In this document: piece after piece, positions 53,913 to 64,000 of the stretch
Layout: each line of letters opens with the position of its first letter
Position numbering within the stretch: the stretch's first letter is position 1
The notes under the pieces: generated by a model
The model's database searches: none
What the model was told of the DNA's origin: nothing
Seen by the model: the letters and a program-made list of their open reading frames with translations, nothing else
NCBI GenBank assembly: GCA_000320545.1
Contig: ADNK01003065.1
Span: forward strand, 1 to 64,000
Length of the DNA: 64,000 nt
Source: Bigelowiella natans CCMP2755
Taxonomy: Eukaryota > Protista > Cercozoa
Direction of reading: 5' to 3'
Program-made: the position numbers and the translations under genes

Positions 53913-54099
53913 TGTGCGTATGACTTATATCATTTTCGAGGAGAGATAGACCCCTCTCTCTGAGAGATGTTTGGTTGTTGATTCGTTTCTTGTGTTGCGT
54001 TGTTTTTGCTGCTGCTGCAGGGGGATATTGTACGAAGATGGGGAGTATAAGCGAATGTCACATGTACAGATGCTAAAGGTAATTTTCTGGTCTATTCAA

Positions 54100-54132
<33 letters not shown>

Positions 54133-54580
54133 CACACAGGTAAAGGTGATTACCACCGATGATGATGTGTCGCGGAGGATACAAGATGGGCCTGCTTCTA
54201 CTTCGCAAGTTGAAGATAATGCTGATGAGAAGAAAAATGATGACGGGGGAGATGCGGGAACAGCAGCAGCAGGAGGAGGAGGAGGAGGAGAAGAAGAAGA
54301 AGAAAAGGAACAAGAAAAAGAAGAAGGAAAAGGAAAAGGAGAGGAAGGTTCTAAGCCCGCTTTCTCTCTCTCACCGCCCATCTCCGCTGCTGCATCGGCG
54401 GCACAGATGCCTGATCAGGCAGCAAAGGGAGTAGACGGGGAGGGAGGAGGAGGAGAAAGCTGCCCGTTGCTTGTTAAATGTGAGTGTGAGTAGTAATACG
54501 AATGATGATGATGATGATGATTATGTGGTACTTATACCAAACTTCATTCCCTGAGGCGGTGACTAACTGACGTATTAAAT

Positions 54581-54619
<39 letters not shown>

Positions 54620-55793
54620 TTTTCATTGTCTTCCCTGCCCGATCAAGGCGAATTGGTTGAGAAGCATCAGCATCATCAGCAGCAGCAGCAAGAGGGGGAG
54701 GAGAACCACCAGCAGCAGCAGCAGCAGCAGCAGAACCAGGCACAGAACGGAGACGGCGTCAAGTCTAAGAGCGACTTCGATAATGATGATGACGATGACG
54801 ATGATGATGGTGATAACCACGAGGATGAGCAAAACCACAGCAGCACCACCACCAGCAGCACCAGCAGTAGCAGTAGCATGAATACTAGCAGCGGCAGCCA
54901 AAATAACAGCACCAACATTATTACACGCAAAAGAGCCCGGAGCTGCGACTCCTCCTCGTCATCTGCCTTCATAGTGAAGAAGGCCCTTCTCCCGCCTCCT
55001 TCTGCGAACAGCAGTAGCGGTGAAGCTGCTGCTGCCTCTGCTGCTGACCCTCCTTTCGGGGAAGGGGGGGAGAAGAAGGAAGTGGGTAGCGATGATAGTA
55101 AGTCGAGCACCGCGATCTCTGTGGAGGCGGGGCAGCTTTCCAAGCTTTCCAGTAGTTCGGTTAAGAAGATAAAGAGGCACAGCGATATGGAAGAGGAGAG
55201 GGAGGAGGAGGAGGAGGAAGAGGAGGAGAAGCAGAAGGACAGGGTTAGACGCGAGTACCATGATGCACACGATGGTAGCGGAGATGGTGGTGAAGATGGA
55301 GGTGGGGGCGAGAGGTAGGGGTGCTAGCGAGTCGCCCCACTCATCCTTCGCATCCTCCTCGTCCTCCTCCTCCTCCTCCTCCTCCTCCTCCTTGCCCTGA
55401 TGCTACCAGCAGCACAAGGAGCTCGAAACGGCATCGGCGAGGGTATGTTAAACACACGAGTAGCTGTCGCATTACCTTTTTGGGAGGGGACATCTGCTGT
55501 TTTCAATTATTATCCGCTGCTTTCACTGAGTAATAGTAGCTTGGAGAGCGGCATCACCACTTGAGTAAAATGCATGCGATATCTGTTCGATGATGCAGGA
55601 GGAGACGACGTAGGCAACAGCCGCACCAGCAGGACATCCCCGCTTTGGAATATGACAACCCCGACCTCCAGGCCTTGATTGCTACCAAGAGAAGAAGGAA
55701 AATGAAGAAGAAGAAGAAGAAAAAACAGGTCAGTAGCAGATTCGTTGTGCTGCGTGGGATCCGATGTACGCTTACTTAATGCAATATAAATAT

Positions 55794-55834
<41 letters not shown>

Positions 55835-55971
55835 TAAAATACATGGCTATTCAAGATTTTGAGAATGCGGGAGAAGTATCGTTGATCACATATTCCCTGG
55901 AAATGATTGAGGATATGTGCTCCGTATTGCCCAGAAAAAGGAGCGGCGAGCCCCCTCTCGGCACAGCGTGA
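49793..55971 (+). CDS. Class II (HDA1/HDAC6-like) histone deacetylase with C-terminal Tudor-like segment and long low-complexity tail; ends approximate
   Basis: [107 protein letters not shown], all joined by GT-AG introns. Confidence 0.93.
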
Positions 55972-56749
55972 ATCAGAAACCACAGGAGGAGAAAAAGGTT
56001 ACTTAAGCAGCTGTGTGGTGGCAAATAAAGGCTAGCAGCTAGTGCTGCTTCGGAGTGTGCGTGGCGAGTGAAAAATGTGCAGACAATAACGCTTGAGTGA
56101 AACTAACTACGAACATATTTCACACGCATGCATGCACTGTCCTGCGCTGTGACGAGGTCTTGCAATGCACTGTGTTTGTAGCCGTCGTGCTGTGCCTGTG
56201 TGCAACAACGCTTAGATTGCATCACACGCACTGTGTGCATGCAGTGTGCTAGTAGACACTCGCTGGCGAATGCCCACATGCAGTTTCTGGCGCACTCATG
56301 ATGCACAATGCTGCGAAGCTCGAATGCAATTGCTAAATGCTAGAATGACCAAAGTACGAGAGACGGATGATGATAATGACATACAAAGCAGAATACACAG
56401 CAACCCAATGGGGATGTGCGATACCTGCTATGACTTTACATTGCGATGTTATTTCTACCACAGCGCTAGATAGCTATACAGCAGTGTTTTTGGACGGTCA
56501 CAAACAAATAAAAGTCGTCCTCGTTGCGCTTCCTCACTTGCAAAGTGCATTTTGTATCATCACGTACTGTATACACACCGTGTACGTAGCAACGGCTGCC
56601 ATCGCATCCCACGCTCTTATTTAGTAAGTATGAACTCGAAGGTGGAACATGCTCGGTGAAAGCAAAAACTCTTTCTTGTTTCTGGAGGGTAAACCACTAT
56701 TCTCTTCCGATGATGGGATTCTGAACATTTAATAGAACACAAACATCGT

Positions 56750-58478
56750 TTAGGAACCACGCGGCTTAGGATGGAGGCGGAGGATGAGACAAGATGGTGA
56801 AATGAACCTGAAACATGCAAAGAGAAATACTTTTCCGGCTCTCACCTGGTTTTCTGGCAGCTGTTTTGACACAGGATAGCGTCATTATCGTCGCGATCTT
56901 TACAGTGATTATTGCATAAGGAGGGCGACAAGATTTTTCCCGCCAACAGAGTCTTAAAATCCCCGCATGGAGGAACAGGAATGATCGTCTTTTTCTTTCG
57001 AAATTTCCGGGAAACCTCCTTCAGATTCACTTGGAACGCTGTAGCCGTCGCGCGCGGATGCGGGAGACGAGGGGAGAGGAAGGGGGATAGAAGAAGGCGG
57101 GAAAGGTTAGTGAAACACAAAAAAATATCAAAAGGAAAATCATGAGAAGCACCAACTGCCTTCTCTGTGCATAATCCCAAAGAACAAGAAAAGCTCTAAG
57201 AACACATTGAAAGCATGGCTTCGTCTTAAATATCTCAATACAGATACCAAGCGTCTCGGCCGCGTGTATTGGAAGGAACTTTCCCATGGTAAACATGAAG
57301 TGTTGCCCAATATATTCAAGGCAAATCTTCGCAATCGGCCTCAGGACAGGTGGTGCGTTTGCATGTAATAGCTGAATCTGTTTCTGTTGTCTTCGTATCC
57401 GCTCCTTCTCCTCCTCCTTCTCCTCCTTCTCTATCCCTTTCTTCTCCCGCTGCTGGTAGCTGTGACTCCAACGACGGTTTACGATCCTTTCATTGCCACT
57501 GCCACTGCCGAATATATTGGAATCGATGTCGGTGGCGTTCTTTGTGCCAGAAGAACTGTAATGAAGAGGAGATCTAGATGACAGCCTCCGCCATTTTCCT
57601 CTGTTACGCTCTCCCCTATTATCGATATCGAGACCACTACCCTTCATCTCCAATGCGACTTTGATCAAATTATCAAGTTCTTCCGGCTTTAACACGGAGA
57701 GCTCAAACGTTTGCTTTCTCGTAGATAGCCAACCAGGAATCTTGAATAGGTGCCGGTGGGGACTGCCAGAGACTACCTTAATTTTACGTATCCGGCAAAG
57801 AAGCTGGAGTTCTTCTCCATCGCGCAGCCGCCAATAACTCGATCTGTTCGCTGCGTTTGGCAGAGAATCGTTGATATATTTCTCTCCTCTTAGATAACGA
57901 TCCTTTTTACCGTCCTTCATTAAATCGGTAGGTGTGGGGTTAAGAAGGAGGCCCATGGTTTGTTCGCGTCACATATTTTTTACATGCATGCCTACAAGTT
58001 TTTACTAGCATTTCTATCAATGTTATGATATCTCTCTTGAGTCAAAAATTACAACCTGCATGATCTCACGCTCATTCTCGTCTCTTTCACAGGTTTTGTA
58101 ATTATTGTAATCGTTGACATCTTTGCCACGATTATTGTAGGGAGCTGTTGCTGCCGCTGCTGCACATTCTGGTCCCCTCCTTCTGGCCAAATAAAGTCGA
58201 GTGCAGTTACCCTCAAATACTATAGTTGATGTTATCTTTTCCAGAGATTCCTCTGTCCATTTCAGTCGGCAGTATTTGGCGGTCAGCATAAAGTGCATTT
58301 GGTCAAAATCCACCGAGAACTTGACATCGCCTCTGCGTTCTTCTCCTACATCATCGAGGAAGCCATTGTACTTTCTCCCATCCCTCCACTTTCCCGCATA
58401 CCTTATTTTGCGGGGAATATGCTGGCCGCGGCAGGCTACTTCACTCTCAGTGTGTCGGTGGAATATACGATTTCCCAT
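56750..58478 (-). CDS. Hypothetical protein (multi-exon)
   Basis: Two long microsatellite-poor ORFs (58023-58478 and 57027-57956) can be joined in frame by a GT-AG intron (CAG|GTTGT...ATGAAG|GAC). No family recognised; 3' exons are tentative. Confidence 0.45.
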
Positions 58479-59690
58479 TGGGCACAGAGGAGGTAGTTGC
58501 TGCTATGCAGGGAGTCGATGAAGGTTTGTTTATTTTTTGCCTTAATGCACGTGATCCTAGCACCTCTCCTACGTGAATATGCTCCTGAGAACAGAGGAAT
58601 TATGGAAGGGGGCTAAGAGTCTAATGTAACGATCTGACTTGTACTGAATAACGATTGAACAACTGCATCTAGAAAGAAAATGCCTCCCCGCCCCAGCTGA
58701 TGTAAAGACAGGATGCTCAACAACTGCTGTACAACCGATGACATACTCCACAATCCGGCAACGAATACAGGAGGACATGCAAGAAGATTCGTTCATGGTT
58801 CATTGTTCGGGGACTTTTAAACAACATGCTATTACGAGTATTTTTGGGACGGATGCGCTATCTCCTAGTTACTGCCAGCGAGCCGAGAGAAAAAACAAAT
58901 TTAATATTCAATCAATTTTCTTTGAAAAACGGTCTTTGCGTTACCATCGCGACAACCAAAATGATAAATTTACCCATCTTTTTCGGACTACCTGGCGAAT
59001 ACCGACATCCGCAGCTTTGAAAAAAAAAGTGGACAATCAATGGGATTCAGCCGGAACGACTAGAGTTTTGACTCGACCGCCAGACAAACGTGGACAAGCG
59101 TCTAAGACGCTGAATTGGATTATAATTTAGGCGGTATATTACTAACGACAAGTTCTACAACCGCTTTTTATTTACCTGTCAGTTACTCCGGAGATTGCGT
59201 GTTCGAGCAAGGGCCATCAAACGTCACAGCAGTGGAGCAGAGTACATAACGTCCGAAACCACCAGACGAGGGTAGCGTGAAGTGAGTTCGCTGGCAGCCG
59301 TTTATCTTGAACGCAGCGCCTCGTTTTACATGGGATTTTCGTTGTGTTTTTAACTAAGTTAACATTGAGAGAACGCTATCTTCAAAAACCATGGCAGAGA
59401 CTGAAACGAGATTATTTTTCGTCTGCGAGGGCTCTGCCGAACTCGGATCCTGAAAATACATATTTCTGGCTCTGCGGACCTCGGACAATGAAACAACCAA
59501 AGCAGCTGCCTGTGTAAAGCATCTACTTCAAGTTAAGACTGGCTGCTGCTTCTAGTGCAGTCCTTGCATCCTTTCGTTGCGAAAAGCTGCGTTAATTCAA
59601 ATTTAAAATATTTTTTAAGACTAACGAAGCCGAAGATCTGAATTTAACGTTAAAAGAAGCAACAATAGCCACTGCCGAATAAGCGCATCC

Positions 59691-60648
59691 ATGACATTAC
59701 CAAATGTTCCGGGAACCCGTCGAAAGCGAAGTCTGTCCGGACACACTTTGGAAGGAAAGGTGATTGACAGAGCAAGGCAGGGAGGGGAAAAAAGATAGGG
59801 GAGTGTATGAGAAATAGTAAAAAGAATTATCTCTCTGGAGGACTGACCTGTCACTCAAGCTGCATTTATTCATGTAAGCGGCATATATGACCTCACAGAG
59901 CCTCTATGGTATTGTTGCAGAGTGACGATATTTCAACTTCGTCCTCCCCAAAGCTCGATTTACGAAATGCTGAGGAGTTTCTCTCAAAGTAATTGTCATT
60001 TCATACATAATTAAGCGACCTTTTTTTATTTCTTTCTCCTGCTGTGCATGCATCTGACATTCATTTCGTGTGAGCGCAGACAAATATACTGAAGATCATC
60101 ATAAATTCTACAATCAATGTATCAATTAGATTGATGGATTCGATCACGATAAACTCACGAGGCCGTAAACGAGAGAAGTCGCAGTTTCTCGTCCAGAATT
60201 CAACCACGCATAAGAGAAGGTGTGGAAGGGTATTGGGTGGGTGGAGCGGGCTATGTATCGATCGTTGTTAAGGTCTCATGCAAATAATTACCACAGCAAA
60301 AGTAGCTCATCTCGAGTAACTCGACGTGCACGACGTCGTCCTGGAAAGTTTTCCCAGAAGGCATTGAAGGTAGCTCCCTTTTCCCTCCAATATTATTCGT
60401 TTGTTCCTTCAATATTTTTTCTACTCACATCCTCCGAGTACTTTAACCTTCTTCTGCTCATTGTGTCCCCTGAATTACACTAGAAGACCGACGTTAACGT
60501 ACCTTGTCGTATTTATAATTTGATTGTTTTCCTGGAACTGCAGGTGCTTCATGAGTGGTTCGAAAATCACTGGCAGAACCCCTATCCAACATCGTCAGAG
60601 AAGGCGGTTCTAGCCGAGGTTGACGGGATAGATTATCAAAATTTCGAG

Positions 60649-60688
<40 letters not shown>

Positions 60689-61416
60689 AGCGCTCGCGTG
60701 CGCGCGTGTGTACGTTGCGTTCAATAGATCCCATTATAATCCACATGATTGCTGTGTAACCTCTCATTCATTTCGATAGAAAGTCCGGCAATATTGTAAT
60801 AGTTTCAATTTTGTTTTACAAACTCTGCATGGGTGTCTAGATCACCGAGCTAAGCGAGACGCAGATCTCTACCTGGTTTCAGAATAAGAGAAAGAGGGAC
60901 CAGCGGTGGCAGAAGTATAAGGAGAGGTTGTACTACGGCGAAGGACGAGACAGGCAGAAAAGTAATTCTCTTGATCTTTTCTTCCAGAATTTAAATCAGA
61001 ATATAGAAACCGAGTCAGCAGAGCAACGCTCGCCGATAAACAGCTTAGGGATAACTAAGAATTGTAGTAGTAGACAAGGACACCCTCTACCGGATTGTTC
61101 CAATAAATATATGGGAGCTACTGATGCAGCTGCTTCACCATCCTCATATCCGAAGAGAGACATAACAAATAACGGTAGAGGGTCATGGTTTGCTGCTGAC
61201 AGAAAAGAGATTTCTACGCCAAAGTGTCCCGGCGTGGAAAGTTCTGATAGCTTAGGAGAATTACTTTTTGGCACAGCACAGGAAACACTTACCGCTAGAG
61301 AGTCTGATGACTACCCTTTTGGCCATGAGGAAGATGTCCTCAGCTCATATCTGAAGCCATCAGGGAAGTCGGCGGGATCAGAAAGCAGCTTTGACGTCGG
61401 TGATTTCTTGAAGTAG
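59691..61416 (+). CDS. TALE-class homeodomain transcription factor (6 exons)
   Basis: RRRPGKFSQKALKVLHEWFENHWQNPYPTSSEKAVLAEITELSETQISTWFQNKRKR. Contains PYP and the three-residue loop extension. Exons join in frame from ATG 59691. Confidence 0.88.
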
Positions 61417-62596
61417 TCAAAATGTACCAGTATCACGTAGCAGTCATCACATTGCATTGCGCCCTGCCAATGTGAAATCTGGATAGCAAAGAAACAAGAC
61501 GTAGATTATCATCTTCCAGGTTTTTTTGGTCTTTGATTACCTCTATTTTTAGAAATATATACACCCGACGCATATGCAGCACGTTGGTATTGGACGTATC
61601 CTTGAAGTAGTTGACGTTGCAATGTTTCAAATTGACAATGATGTCATATGCGAGAACACAGATGCAACTGTCATGATGATTTGCCAATGCTAGAATGTGG
61701 GCGGACGACGATGGCTGCATGTGCTTGCGTGCTTGTGATGCGCCAGTTTGAGAGCATCGCATGACACGCGGTCTGGACATCATGCTGCTGCATGTGTTGC
61801 ATGCCTACACAGTGGCATGAACAAGCATCGTGCATGCATGTGTTGTGCTGTGGTGCATTCAGACTGTTGCGTAGCAAAGGCTAGAAGGGCTTTTTGCTGC
61901 TCGCCCACGTACGCGATGTCTGCCTGCATGCAACAATGGTGTGTGTTCTCATCACTAGATCAGCGGCAACCAATCATTGCGCATGCTAGCATGCTGTGGC
62001 AGCAGTGGCAGCCGTGCGCTCCAACAACAAGAAAAACTGCAGGGAACAGCTGTGATGATAGACATGCAATACACAATATGTACATTGCTGTGTCTATCAT
62101 TGTGGGGTGCACAAGACCTCATCAGACTACTCTCTCAACATCTTCATTTGCTAATTGTCACTTCTGAACTTGAAAATGCTGAGTAATGTCCTGGAAAGTT
62201 GCATGTACGTTGATATTGTTTGCGAATGTGAGATGAAATCAAATGTGTTTTGCACCGGCGCGCCGAGCGTGCATACATAGCGCTTTTGCATGCAGCATGC
62301 TAGCATGGCACAGCCGCTAGCACCGGACAACTCTAGAAATCTCCAATGATGCCACCAGATGATCTAGATGTGTCGCCGCAACTTTTGCTTAGCTTAATTG
62401 TTTGTGCTGCTCTGCTACTGATGTGCATCTAAACATGTCACAGCAGGCTGTCTAGCTAGCTTTAGAGCTGTGCTGTGACCTCTCCGCGGTAGCACATGTG
62501 AGATTTGCATTTGCTAACAATTACATTAAGACATTAAATTGTTGCAATTTTGTCTGATGACAACCACCTGGTGTTGAATTAATCGAGGGTCATGAA

Positions 62597-63988
62597 TTAA
62601 TGAGTATTCCCTCCACACTCTGCTTCATTTGCCCACACTCTTACATCATTGCCGTGATGCTTTACGAGCTCTGGAATGACGCTGTTCCAGTTTGTTACCA
62701 TGTTCTTTAGGGGTTGAGTATGCATCTTGTGAAAGTTAGAATCAAGGGTAATATGCGCATGTAGATCAAGGAATCCCTCGATTTGATGGAAAGATTTCGA
62801 AGGAGTGGTGCAGAGATCGGAATATTCTACTTGGAAAACACTACCAGGAACTAACTTTTCGACCTCTCCGATCAACTTTTCTCTGACACTGTCCTGGTGC
62901 CCGAACCAGTTGAAGCAATGCTCCCAATATTGCAGTGGAATTTTCCATTTAATCTCGTCCTTCCATTTGGCTCCTGTTCCGTGTTCTACATCATGTACAG
63001 AGACCCCTTTCAGGTGTCTTTGGTACATGTCGAATAATGAAAAACATTGGCGTAGGACATTCTTACGCTTAAGACTGACGATTTTGATTTTATTTTTAGA
63101 AATATAATTTGCAATTTCCTTGATCCTGTTTTGAGGCAGTTGATTCACCATCCACTTCATCCCCACAAAGCGCTCGGGCCACTCAGAGGGACCGTAGAAT
63201 AGCATGTCAAGTAGCTTGGAGAAGTCGTTAGAGTGGATGGTCAGTGATCGTTGAACATCCTGCGACGGCTTCCATCGAGTAGCACAATGATGAAGTTCAC
63301 GAAAGGTACGCAAACATTCTCCGTTGTGCATGAGAACTTCTTTGTGCCCAGAGAACAGCCTGCTTAACCAAGTTGAACCGCTCCTTTGGATTGCAAGAAT
63401 GAAAAACTTTTGTTTCTCATTGTTCCCTTTCATAGCTTCATTCATTATTGAGTATGCGGCCACCTCATGAACGTTTGCGGCAGCTACTTGAACAAGCTCT
63501 TCTACTTTCTCGGATTTCGAAGCATGATTATCGGTGAAGAACTTCGACAGGTCGTAATCCTAAAAATAAATTGGAAAATAGGAGATACAGATCAGACAAT
63601 TTAATTAAAACCAAAGGAAATGGAAAATATCACATTTCTTAGGGCACATTCCGAATTTGATACCGATTTATCGCTTGCATCTTCAAGATCGAGGTTCTCT
63701 GAGATGGATTCGAGTCGAAGGGTGGTTAAAATATTCTTGAAAAAGGTTTCGCCATCCGATTCCAGGGTGTCATTTGTCCCGAAGCCGGTTTTGCTCTCGA
63801 GTGGTGTAACTATGAATGGTAAATATGGATGTGCATCATCAAATCATTAATTAACGGTGTAAAACATTGCATGTTCTCTCTGCCCTACACAGATTACAAC
63901 TTTGCGAAGGAGTAGACTCGATCCACACTGCATCGAGTGGCTCCAGATAGTACGAGAAGAGGAGAAGCAGCAGTGGAGCGACCGCCAT
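62597..63988 (-). CDS. Secretory-pathway sulfotransferase (Stf0/NodH-like P-loop sulfotransferase), 3 exons
   Basis: Signal peptide [20 protein letters not shown]; 5'-PSB FFILAIQRSGSTWL; VGMKWM; 3'-PB IVSLKRKNVLRQCFS; VEYSDL. Confidence 0.85.
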
Positions 63989-64000
63989 TGCGCTTGGATT

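Larger units (their letters stand above)
300..60690. repeat. Dispersed intronic microsatellites: (CA)n, (GA)n, (TA)n, (CAT)n, (TAG)n, (AAG)n, (CAG)n, typically ~25-40 bp
   Basis: Present in most introns of the multi-exon genes. They explain most of the low-complexity ORFs in the ORF track. Confidence 0.95.

Noticed and set aside
57200-57330. RWP-RK domain (AAETLGIC motif)
   Set aside because: No following K..CR..GI.RWP motif in the spliced frames I tried.
59250-59390. Resemblance to U3 snoRNA 3' domain (GAAACCAC..GGTAGCGT...GAGAGAACGC)
   Set aside because: No box A, box C (TGATGA) or box D (CTGA) at the expected places; more likely chance or a 5' UTR intron.
20414-63988. Alternative genetic code
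   Set aside because: All reconstructed genes read through conserved motifs without internal stops and end in TAA, TAG or TGA.

Overview
Gene-dense, intron-rich eukaryotic nuclear DNA using the standard genetic code, with short spliceosomal introns full of microsatellites. A cyclophilin carrying a signal peptide, transit peptide and thylakoid signal, together with CEP290, suggests a flagellate alga with a complex plastid. A chlorarachniophyte is my inference, not an identification. Genes assembled by hand, in order: CEP290 (-, runs off the left end), plastid/thylakoid cyclophilin (+), intronless VP39-family cap 2'-O-methyltransferase homolog with a degenerate catalytic tetrad (+), GT8 glycosyltransferase (-), tRNA-His(GUG) (+), membrane-anchored TBC Rab-GAP (+), ArfGAP-C2 (-), UBA plus multi-C2H2 zinc finger protein (-), SUMO-like/AP2/ZnF/PGBD-like protein (-), class II HDAC with a Tudor-like tail (+), a hypothetical protein (-), TALE homeobox protein (+) and a sulfotransferase (-). 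The most striking signal is non-genic. Intergenic spacers downstream of gene 3' ends are stripped of TpA dinucleotides (none in 664 bp at 38705-39368), are rich in TG/CA/TGCA/CATG, and keep CpG. Their few surviving TpA lie almost all in CTA/TAG, especially CTAG. Exons, introns and promoters keep normal TpA. This looks like a regionally targeted TpA->TpG/CpA (A:T->G:C) hypermutation process, the mirror image of fungal RIP. Exon boundaries and dinucleotide counts were done by eye and need computational confirmation.
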